A stretch of 64,000 nt of DNA from Felis catus (Eukaryota): the NCBI RefSeq assembly GCF_018350175.1, contig NC_058368.1, forward strand, positions 166,782,001 through 166,846,000, given 5' to 3'. Shown piece after piece: positions 26,375 through 37,052 of the stretch (positions within the stretch are counted from its first letter, which is position 1; each line of letters starts with the position of its first letter). The translations under genes were made by a program, and so were the position numbers. Below the pieces are notes generated by a model that saw nothing but the letters and a program-made list of their open reading frames with translations, did no database searches and had not been told where the DNA came from.

Positions 26375-26716
26375 CATGGCCACCCAGAAAAATTCAGTTG
26401 TCAGTCTCTGTAGAGGCACATCACAAAACTCTAGTAGGGTACATATCATGGAGAGAGCATACTGGATATATAAAGCTGTGGGTAAGAACCTCAATACCTG
26501 CAGAAATCGAAGCCTCCTGTGCTAATCCAACAGAAGATATTTACCAATTGAGGTGAATTGAGGAAAAATGAGACAGATATTTTCAATATGCTTATTTAAT
26601 AAAGACCTATAAAAACAAAAATTCACATCAAACTTCTATGTGGATAAAGACTGTACTATAACGGACCTTAGGTTAGTATAGATTACTACCATCATGGTGT
26701 CTACTAATTAAAAAGT
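26375..26716 (-). repeat. Long inverted repeat, right arm (~342 bp)
   Basis: Reverse complement of 25279-25628. Confidence 0.98.
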
Positions 26717-26824
26717 TCTAAAGTAGAAAGTAGGCAAAGATCTCTTACTCCACCAAAGGGACAAAGATGTCCTTTCTGTTTTTGAAATATAAAAACAGAA
26801 AATTGGTTTCTATTAAAGGAAAGA

Positions 26825-26985
26825 GACTGAACTATGAACCAGGAAATGAGTGGGAGCCTTTGTGATCACCAACCGTATGATATTGGGCAAGTCTTAATTT
26901 CTCTTGATATCATCTGTGAAACTTAGTGGTTGGGAATTTCACTATGTAATTCTTATGGTCCCTTTGCCTCTAAAATTTGATAATT
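26825..26985 (+). mobile_element. MIR (MIR3/MIRc-like) remnant
   Basis: ttgggcaagtc, tcatctgtgaaa, ggtccctttgcctctaaaatt. Confidence 0.55.
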
Positions 26986-28174
26986 TGATACACTGATTAA
27001 TATTTTCCTTTAAGTACAGGGAAAGGGATTCTAATTATTAAATATAAACACATCATTTAAAGTGTATCAAATAAAAACATATAAAGGGTTATATATATGT
27101 ATTCATATGTAATACAATTAATATGTATTTGTATATATGTATAGTCAATTGCACTTTCTTCTTATTTAATTATTCAAAGTTAATTATCAATGCTTCCAAT
27201 AAATATACAAATGAATATTAAGTTGAAAGTGCCAATTTTCCTATCAATTAACAAATTCTAGATAATGCTAAAAGATTTGCCGATTCATGCTACATATTCT
27301 ACAATCCATGCTAATGACAAAATACTTCACTAAATTTTAAATGAAGACAAAATAACATAATAAATAATTATTTTTATCTGTCTCAAGGTGATATAAGGTA
27401 ATGAATTACATGTCTTGAATTCAATCTGTTTGGATCAAAGATAAATCAAGCTGGAGATGAAGAATTACACAGATATTTATCAAATGCCCACTCCATCTTG
27501 TTTGTGAACATACTGTAATTTTGGGTTTTCATTTCTCTGTGTCATTTACAATTCTAATCCCAGAAGAAGGGAGGAAATAATATTTGGGGGCTAGTTTCCT
27601 ACCATATTCTAATCGGTAATGAAAAAGACTAGTACATCAGTCCTAGGTAATGAGTTTGGGGGATAGCTATCTCATAAAAGCTTATGAATTTATCCTGAGA
27701 AGTAGCTTGAGAGGTCAGCTTGTCACTTTCAACTTATAATGAGACAGCAACTAAACTATCTAAATTGATGGTATCTTATCCTATTGTAAATGACCTTGAG
27801 ACAAGATTATTCCATTTCTTTCCTGATGATCCAATATAATAAAAATCTAACCATTGCTGGAGCAACTCAAATTTACCCTCCTTCAACAGTGACAGAGGTT
27901 ATTGCCACATGGAAAACAAATCAGGAAATTTTCTTTAGTGCTTAGGTCACTATTAGAAAATAACTTTGAAAGTCTTTAAAGGCTGAAAAGATGCCATTTT
28001 TATTTAAAATGAGGGCTGAATATGACTAGTACTATCGGTGATGAAAACCCTTAACTTATTCCATAGGCTGTCCTTAATTCTTCTCACTCTAGAAGACTGG
28101 GGATCAGTGTCCTGATGCTTAGCATTGCCACATTCTGTCTGAAATCTGCTTTGAACAAGATACCCAAAAGTATC

Positions 28175-28565
28175 TTGGCCATTCTAATAGGTGTATAGTG
28201 GTACCTGATTGTTTTAATTTATAATTCCCTAATGACATATGATGTGAAACATGTTTTGTGTACCTATTTGCCATCTGTATATCTTCTTTGGTGAGGTGTC
28301 TATTCTAGTCTTTGGCCATTTTTTCACTGGGTTGTTCATTTTCTTATGAACTGAGTTTTCAGTGTTCTTTGTCTATTTTAGACAACATTCTCCTAGCAGA
28401 TACATCTTTTGCAAATTTTCTCCCAGTCTATGGCTTATCTTCTCATGCTCTTAACATTGGCTTTCATAGAGCAGTTTTTATCTTAATGAAGTCCAACTTA
28501 TTAAGTTTGGGGGGGTGTTAATGTAAATGGTATTGTGTTTTTAATTTCAAATTCCATTTGCCCAT
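28175..28565 (-). mobile_element. Old L1M fragment
   Basis: gccattctaataggtgtatagtggtacc, tttgccatctgtatatcttctttggtgaggtgtct, aatgaagtccaactta. Confidence 0.85.
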
Positions 28566-30899
28566 TTATGATATGTTGGACACTTTAGCATATTTTAGAG
28601 TAGCTAAAATATTCTGTTCATGTGACACAATGTATTTGCAATCATAATTTTGTAATGGATTTTGTATCTTGGTCTTAATTTTTCATTTCTTCCAACTCAA
28701 AGATATAATGTAGTATAATCCCAGGAAGGGAATACAGACTATTTACTTTTTAAACAAGAATATATAGCATGCTTTCTCTGTGTACATCACTATGAATTGA
28801 CATACGATGATAAATAAAGTATGGTCCCTTTCCTCAAGAAAGCTTTTTGGCTAATTGGGAAGAGTTAACATGGAGCACCAAGTTGGCAAACATTGTCTGA
28901 GGATAGTGGAAGATACCTGTATCCATTGCACATCCTTCTGTTGGCTTTTTACAAGTTCCATCAAATCAAAGCCAAAACAGTCTTATTATGACATAGCCTA
29001 CATTTTAGAAATTCACAAAGTATTTCTTAATGGACAGAGAAAGGAATTTCAGAGGTAATAATCTTCTGTAATGATATTTGCCTGAATATAGCAAAGGATA
29101 TATGACTGTTAGCTGGATTTCTGTCATTATCATGATCTGAAGTCCATGCCTGTGGGATGTTAGGATATACAGATCCCAATGTTAAAAAGTTAGCAATCTT
29201 TATGGTTCTGTTTAACAAAATGGCTTTAAGAGAAATCTATCTTCACTTCTCAATTAAGAGAAAAAATGCTGGCATCACAAATAATTAGTAAAGATATCTT
29301 TCATGTGAATATCCACGGTGATCATAACCCCATTGAGAATAAAAAGCAGTAGTACGTAAAGGTAAAATCTCTACCAGTTAGCTTTCTCTCTCGAAAACAA
29401 TGTCATTCTTCTGCCAGTTTCATTCATGGAGCAGTTTTCACCATCTCCAACTGATTGCCAGATGCCTATGACAATATTTCTGTGTGTACACATTAAGCAA
29501 GATTGTTGTTGTTATGCTTTATTTTTTATTTATGTTAATGATGCAGAATCTATATAGTAGAGAGCAGGAAATTTTCCATTCTGACGGATAAATAACATCT
29601 GTGAAAATTTTAAACATTCAAAATGTGTCTGTCATGAGCAGCATGAGCCACCAAATTGTAATGACAGACATACAAACACATTCATCCAGAACTACCTGAC
29701 TGGATTAAAAATTCCTACCCCATTAAAATAATATGCAATGTTCTCTGTGCAGCCGTAATTGGTATTGATGTGGGAGATGAAGTATCAGTGTAATATTCCA
29801 CGATTAGTTGTGCAGATCTGTTGAGGCCCCCTTACAAGCTCAGTGCTATGAATAGATTCAGTGAGTTAAATCTCAAAAGCCATTCAGATGGGATTCAAGC
29901 ATTATTCTTTAATCATTATTAAAACTGAAGTCTACAGTGGGAGGGGGAAGTGCAGAATAAAAGCAATGCTGAACTAATCATACCCTTATTGAAGTCTCTC
30001 AGGGAGTCTTAATTTAAACTTTTTTTTTTCTCCTGATGTGGCTCTGACCCTCTTCTCCACTTTTCCCCACAGAAGACATAGGTGTCCAGGACCATGGTCC
30101 TCACAATGAATTTCTTTTTCTCTTTGCCTATTTGTTATTAATTTAAATTGTTATTGATGTATTAGATCTTCATTTCATCCCAGTACAGTGAAAGAGGTTG
30201 CAACATTTTTATTTTCACTTCAGAAACCCTCTACTATTATTTCTGACTATTTATTAGGTATGGGAGAGGAGGAGAGAAGGGGAGTAGGAGAATTATTAGC
30301 TTTGCAATGAAGTTATTGGTGGAAATTACAACACCCCATAATATAAAAATATTAATATATTTAATATAATTTTAAAAAACAAGAAGATATAGTAGGCTTC
30401 AATTAAATTATGTTTTTCTCAAGTAAGAATTGCCCAATTTGGAATAATTTCAAGTATCTCATAGAATGTTATTATGTAAACTTTGATTAACAAAAGAAAT
30501 TCATCCACCATATAGAACATAGGAATGCCATTAAGTTCTCCCCATGTACTTGTATAAATGAGAACATGCTGTTTCACCAGAAATACTGAAGTTTCCTCAT
30601 AAAACGAAATGGATTTAATCATTTTCAACTGCTGATATGAATAATGTCACCCAAAAAGTAGACCTGTGAATTCAATCGTCATTTTTGGCTCATTAAATGG
30701 AGACAATCTGTCAAATAATAATGGTCCATGGGTGCATTTTGCTTTACACATGTTATCTTATCCCTCAGCTCACAGCTTAAATGGCACTTCTTCTTTGTTG
30801 GGTTTTCTTTCACCTGGCCTTGTGTAAAGCACTGTAGCTATGTAGGCCCAGAGCAACATTTAATTCTCCTGTCATTTTATTGCAATTACAGTTAGAGTC

Positions 30900-31050
30900 T
30901 ATTGAATTGTCTCACTCACCCATGAGGCTATATGCTCTACAAACACCACCACTATGTCTATCTTATTCAAATTTTTTTGGAAGCATGAAGCACAGTGCCT
31001 GGCACATGGTAACCCCATAATAAATATTTATGTAATTGCTGACATATGCA
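30900..31050 (+). mobile_element. LINE-2 3' end
   Basis: gcacagtgcctggcacatggtaa...taaatattt terminal motif. Confidence 0.6.
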
Positions 31051-32235
31051 AAGAGCAACTCAGAGGAATAAGTGAATGACAGGGTGAGACTCAGTGTCTG
31101 AAAGCTCCCAAAAGTAAGAGCCATGTCCAGAATCCAGACTAGAACAGTCTTGCTGGAACTAGAACTTTTCACTCCTATCAGATTGCTCTCCCCACAACAT
31201 GGCCTCACTCTAGACAAAGACTGCTTTGGTAGTCAGCTACAGCGCAAGATGGTATGGAATTATTTTAGATATGTTTCATTCTCAGAAAGGAATATAAAGA
31301 TTTACTTTTTTAAAGTGGCAAATCTGAGGTAGTTTGAGGAACAACATCAACAAAAAATAATAATGCTGTCAATGTGACAATTTATATCACCTTTTTTTAA
31401 AAAAAAAAGATGCTCAAGGTATTTACAAGCATGCTTTGAATTTAATTTCCACTAATATAAGCTCTTCTAGGAAATGAATATTCATCAACAATTAGTATTT
31501 CTAAGCTTGCTATGTATCTCTTTGCAGTGCAGTTTATTAGACCAAAAAAAAAAAAGAGCATTATCATTTATCATTATTGATTTTGCCCCAAATGTGAATT
31601 TTGATGTATCTAAAAGAGCTTTTGCCTGGATTATGAAAACACTGCCTTTATCTCTCATAGCAGCCCCCAAATACCCACAATAGGGCATATTGCCCTTTAT
31701 TACTTGAGGGTCTGTAAACAAACTCCCACAGGTATAGCTGATTTTTTTTTAATCTCTGAGACTATTGGAATTAGTCCAAATTCTGAGTTTATATCCAGGC
31801 TACTTGCTGAAACAATGCTATGTGCATTTCTTAAATGCCTCATTGATTGAAGAGTATACCATTAAACTGTTTTTCACATATTCTGCAGCTGTGCATTCAT
31901 GATGTTTTGTTTAAGGGGAAAAAATCTTCTGAGAAATTAATTGATACAAACCAGAACTTTTTGGCCATTTATAAGCACTTGTCTATAAGTTCCATTTACT
32001 GAATAAATAGTTCTGTTAGCCTCAAAACCTAGCAATTTCAGCATATGAATACCATGTGAAGTGTGGCATTTTCTTATCCTGCAATACCTACTTGAAAAAG
32101 AATGAGTGGTAAATTTTGTTTTGCCTAGGAATTACATGCTAATTGGCTGGCTGCCTTGATGCAGTTTCCAGACAAGATTATGACATGATTAATTCAAAAG
32201 AGTTGACCCATTCTATAAACATCTACATTCTACAT

Positions 32236-32236
<1 letters not shown>

Positions 32237-32278
<42 letters not shown>

Positions 32279-32300
32279 CATACATACATATACATATATA
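32237..32300. repeat. (TATC)n + (TACA)n microsatellite
   Basis: Direct observation. Confidence 0.93.
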
Positions 32301-32320
32301 TATGGGAAAATAAGCCCAGG

Positions 32321-32538
32321 ATTTTTAAAAAATATTTATTTATTTATTTTGAGAGAGAGAGAAAGAGTGAGAGTATGGGGTGGGGGACAGAGAAAGGGGG
32401 AGAAATAAAATCCCAAGCAGGCTCCATGTCAACAACAAGCCTGACGTGGGGCTCCATCTCAGGAACCGTGAGATCATCATCTGAGCTGAAATGAAGAGTT
32501 GGGTGCTTAACCAACTGAGAGCACCACCCAGGTGCCCC
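32321..32538 (-). mobile_element. Can-SINE
   Basis: Body motifs; flanking direct repeat cccaggattttta. Confidence 0.9.
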
Positions 32539-32548
32539 AGACCCAGGA

Positions 32549-32678
32549 TTTTTAATGTTAAGTAGGCCCCACAATTAGCGCAGAGCCCAACACGGGGCTC
32601 AATCCCATGACCCCGGGATCATGACTGGAGTCCAAACTAAGAGCTGGATGCTCAACTGACTAAGCGACACAGGCACCC
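32549..32678 (-). mobile_element. Short Can-SINE variant lacking the (CT)n region
   Basis: taagtaggccccac...cagagcccaacacggggctcaatccc...caggcacccc; flanking caggatt. Confidence 0.85.
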
Positions 32679-33025
32679 CAGGATTCTTTTTTAAGTAACG
32701 AAAAGAAAAACAGACCCGAGCCTATCTAATTACAATCTGGTTAATCCAAGTGATATTATCTCCTTCTGATTCCAAAACTCCTCTACATTATATTGAACAT
32801 AAAGAAATACAAGGACATGACTATAATTTTAGTATGGGTGACCCTATGACTTCTTTAATGTCCACAGCTTATTTTAATTCAGTTCAATCCTACAAGTACT
32901 GGGAATGAGAAAACAAACAACTCATTCATAGATGCTTCTCTCAGAGCTTAAAATCTGATTGAGAAACCTGTACCCAATCATGATCAAACAAGGCCAACAA
33001 TGAAAAGTGAGGAGGAAATGTGCAG

Positions 33026-33239
33026 TTTTTTTTAAGTTCACTTATTTGTTTATTTTGAGAGAGAGAGAAAGCATGCACAGGGAAGGGGCAGAGAGATAGA
33101 GGGGAGAGAGAACCCTAAGTAGGCACCATGCTGCCAGTGCAAAGCCTGACGTTGGGCTGGATCCTACGAACCATGAGATCATGACCTGAACGGAAATCAA
33201 GAGTCAGATGCTTAACCGACTGAGCCACCCAGGCACCCC
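33026..33239 (-). mobile_element. Can-SINE
   Basis: TSD tgcagtttt; canonical body. Confidence 0.93.
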
Positions 33240-33619
33240 TGCAGTTTTCTTTGGTAGTGCAAATGAGAATAATATTGCTTCAACTGGAGAAAATTATAAA
33301 ATGAATCAGTGATTCACATAACAAGTCAATCTCTGAGTTGAAAGTAGAAGGAAGGATAAAAAAATATATAGACATGAGTGTGGTAGAGTGAAACCCAGAA
33401 GAAAAGCATAATATGAGCAAGAGCAGATCAGGGATGTTTAGTAAAAGCTGACATCACTTCATTAGCATAAACATAAAGTAAATCAAAGAGATTAGGAGAT
33501 ATAAAGCCTGTCCTCCCTCTTCCTTCTTTACCTGGCAAACTCTTCTGTTCTCTAATATCTCCAGTGTGGAATCCTATTCTCTACTCTATAGGAGGGTAGC
33601 AGAAGCTGCAATAAGAATA

Positions 33620-33910
33620 GGTATATTAGTCATTGAGAAATGCATAACAAATGACCCCAAAACTTAGCAGCTTAAAACCATAACATTTTTATCTTATCTC
33701 ATAGTTTCTATAGGTCAGGAATCTTGGAGCAACATTGCTAGGAGGTTCTGGCTCAGGTTCTCTCACAAAATTGCAGTCAAACTGTTGTCCAGGACTACAG
33801 GCATCTCAAAGCTTGTCTGAGCTGAGAATGCCCTTCCAAACGCATTTGTGTGGTTGTTGGTAGGTCTCACTAACCATTGGCCAGAGATCACCATTCCTTG
33901 TATGTGGGCT
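33620..33910 (-). mobile_element. MaLR LTR fragment (MLT1F/H-like)
   Basis: cataacaaatgaccccaaaacttagcagcttaaaac...ggtcaggaat...ttctggctcagg...ttgcagtcaa. Confidence 0.8.
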
Positions 33911-34767
33911 TTCCATATTCTGCTTGTATTTGAGCATACATATGCCTATATGGGATATATTTACCCGTAGACAAGTATTTGAATATCACAGAACAACATT
34001 GAATCTCTCTCTTAAAATCAAGATCCTATTCTGTTTTTGTAGTCTCACCTTTATTGCGGCCACCCTTTAAAAACAAAAGGAACAAATCTCCTTTTAATGT
34101 TAAGTATTATTTTTGTAGCTATAGCTAACTTTATGTTTTAATCAGGAATAATGGCAATGATATTAGCCACTTTGTGGTTATAGTATATTGTGATACTTAA
34201 AAAAGCATTAAAATATTCCAACTTAATATTTCCACTACAGTTATTTTAAGTATTACCTTAAAGTTCATTTGCTATAATACATACATAATACCTCATAGTC
34301 ATTTGTGCAAAAACATTTCATTGATTAAATTGAAATAATTATAAGCCAAATGATAAAAAACATTCGCACCTCAAGATGGAAATTTCAATTTGTAATACTG
34401 AAATAGTGATGTATCTACGCTGAGAGAAATTTTTCACATCAGATTTAGTGCTGTGCATGAATTATAATATATTTATTTTGAGCAGTATATTTATCAAACA
34501 ACTTTTAAAGCTTATCTGATTTTTAAAATTTCAATTAAAGTTATTTCTTAAATGATGACATATTATTATTCAAGGATCCTCAGTTATAAATTCCAATTCG
34601 TTTGGAAATTGAACGACATTATTATTAATGGCGACTCAAAGATCATCAACTGAAAACAAATGGAGGCTTTATCCACGAAAATAATTAAAGAACACTGGTT
34701 AAGGAAAGATTTTACAATACATTAACAAGTATATACTCTGATTAAAAACCTGCACAGATTTCCCACA

Positions 34768-34915
34768 AAGCCATGATTCTCTCCACTGGCTGCATAATAA
34801 AATCTTCTGGAATATATTATAGCTACCATTTCCTGTAGGGGAGGAGTGGTTGCATTAGTGTTTTTCTGAAAAGTGACCAAGTAATTCTATGTATTATCCA
34901 GATTGAGAGCTGCTG
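34768..34915. mobile_element. MER5-like hAT DNA transposon remnant
   Basis: tgattctc..ctggctgcat..aatc.tctgg and aagtaattct...gattgagagctgctg resemble MER5 ends. Confidence 0.5.
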
Positions 34916-35044
34916 CAATAAGCAAAGGATCACAGATGATAACTTGAAACGATATTGATTAGTCATCTTTAGTTACCAATACTTAGGAATACATATATGT
35001 AATTGAGAGCAAGAAGATAGTTTCAGTATTGGTTTTAATTTTAT

Positions 35045-35054
35045 AGTATATATT

Positions 35055-35085
<31 letters not shown>

Positions 35086-35355
35086 TCAGTATATTTTACA
35101 GTATACGTATATTCCGTATATATGTGTATTCAGCATATTTTACAGTATATATATATTCAGTATATATGTGTATTCAGTATGTATATATTCATATATGAAT
35201 ATATGTATTCAGTAAACATGCATATATTCAGTATACATATACATATATATGATACATATATACAAGAGAAAAAAGATAGTTTTCAGTATTGTTTATAATG
35301 TTACAGTTCTAATATATTTTCAGTATATATTCAAATATATATATTCATATATATG

Positions 35356-35390
<35 letters not shown>
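35045..35390. repeat. TA-rich low-complexity repeat with TATTCAG units
   Basis: Direct observation. Confidence 0.9.
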
Positions 35391-35392
<2 letters not shown>

Positions 35393-36030
35393 TCAAAACT
35401 ATCCTCTCTCAATCAGTGGTTATTTTTAATAACAATAGTTCTTCAAATTACATTAGATTTTTAGACCTAGGGATATAGAGTGAAATCCAAATCAAATAAT
35501 GGCAGACACAGGAATGATAATTTCTAAATCCATGTTTTCTATTATAATCACTATTTTCTCAATTACTGTTAAATGATAACTGTGTGAAAGAAATAGAAAT
35601 TTAAAGAACTTTTATCTATTTATTTGTATATGAGTGAAAGATATTGACATTAATTGAACAACCACTAATATATACCGATGACTATTGTAAGTACTGTGGC
35701 TAATTTGATCTTCACAACTATCCTTCAAGGTAGAATTTTATTGTTTTGTATTATTTTTAAAAATAAATTGAACTTGAGATAATTAATTAATGATTATTAC
35801 TGAAATAAAAATTATTTCAGAGAGTTCTAAGGTCCCTTTAGAGCACACATGCACACAAATACATACATGTACATATATTTCCAAAGAAAATATATAGTAT
35901 TTTGTGAGTTTGTTTGTTTTGTTTTGTATAAATGTCATCATCCTGTATGTATCTTTTACTTATTTTTTTAAAAAATATGTGCTTTGGATAGTCATCTATG
36001 TTGGTATGTAAGGATCTTCATTCTTTTTCC

Positions 36031-36241
36031 TTTTTTAATGTCTATTTATTTGTGAGAGAGAGAGCAAAGGAGGGACAGAGAAAGAGAGGGAGGTAGAGAA
36101 TGCCAAGCAGACTCCACAATATGTTTCCTCTGTAAGAAACTTGTTTTTTACACAGGGCTCAATCCCGTGAGCCATGAGATCATGACCTGAGCCAAAACCA
36201 AGACTCGGATGCTTAACTGACTGAGCCATCCAAGCTCCCCC
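36031..36241 (-). mobile_element. Can-SINE with a foreign internal segment
   Basis: Canonical body except 36118-36149 (see findings). Confidence 0.9.
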
Positions 36242-36934
36242 ATTATTTTTCTTAATTTGTGGATGGCAATCCATAGAATGGATAAGCCAAATTTTATTTA
36301 ATCTCGCCCCCACCCCACATTTTGATGTCTTTTAAGTTCTTCCCATTTTGCTGTGAACATTCTACTTGTGGAAAAAATACTGCAATGAACATCCTTCTTG
36401 TGGAAAGATATTTCTAAAAGGTAGATACTGAAAAGTGGAATTACTGTGTCATGAATGAGTATACTTTTGCTGTTAGGATCTAATGATGAATTTCCTTTCA
36501 TATGACTCTATTGTTTGTACATGCCAACCTTTAATGCCTCAGAATATCCATTTTACCATTTGTTTGCCAAACCTTGATGTCATCAAACTTCAATTTTTGG
36601 TTCTCTGATATTTGAGAAAAATTGGCATCTCACCTGCTATAATTTGGATTCCATTAATTATTAGTAAGATTGAACATTTTTATAGGTTTATTGGGCATTT
36701 TATTTCCTTTCCCAGTCATATTATCTGCCCCTTTTCTATCAGAGTATTAATATTTTCCTTATTAACTTAAAAAATCTGGAAATTATTTTAATATATATTT
36801 TCTTCTAGTCAGTCACCTGTTTTTAAACTTCATTTAGGGTTTTGTGTTTGTTTTGTTTTTGGTTTTGGTTTTTTTTTGATAGAGAAGGTTTTTACTTTGA
36901 CCAGGTCTGAATTATCATTAGTTTCTTTTGGGAA

Positions 36935-37052
36935 TTTTTTTAAGTTGAAGTGTACTTGATATATACAATGCTATATTGGTTTCAGGTGGAAAACATAGTG
37001 ATTTTATAATTCTGCACAGTATTCACTGTTCACAACAATAAGTATAGTCACC
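36935..37052 (-). mobile_element. Short L1 3'-end insertion
   Basis: ttgaagtgtacttga...tatattggtttcaggt...acatagtgatt; flanking tggga(a/ga)tttttt. Confidence 0.7.

Noticed and set aside
25279..26716. Inverted repeat as the TIRs of a DNA transposon
   Set aside because: No transposase remnant in the spacer, no TSD seen, and no known TIR motif recognised. Not fully excluded without a Dfam search.
34575..34700. CpG-containing stretch as a coding exon
   Set aside because: Stops in all three + frames and weak splice sites.
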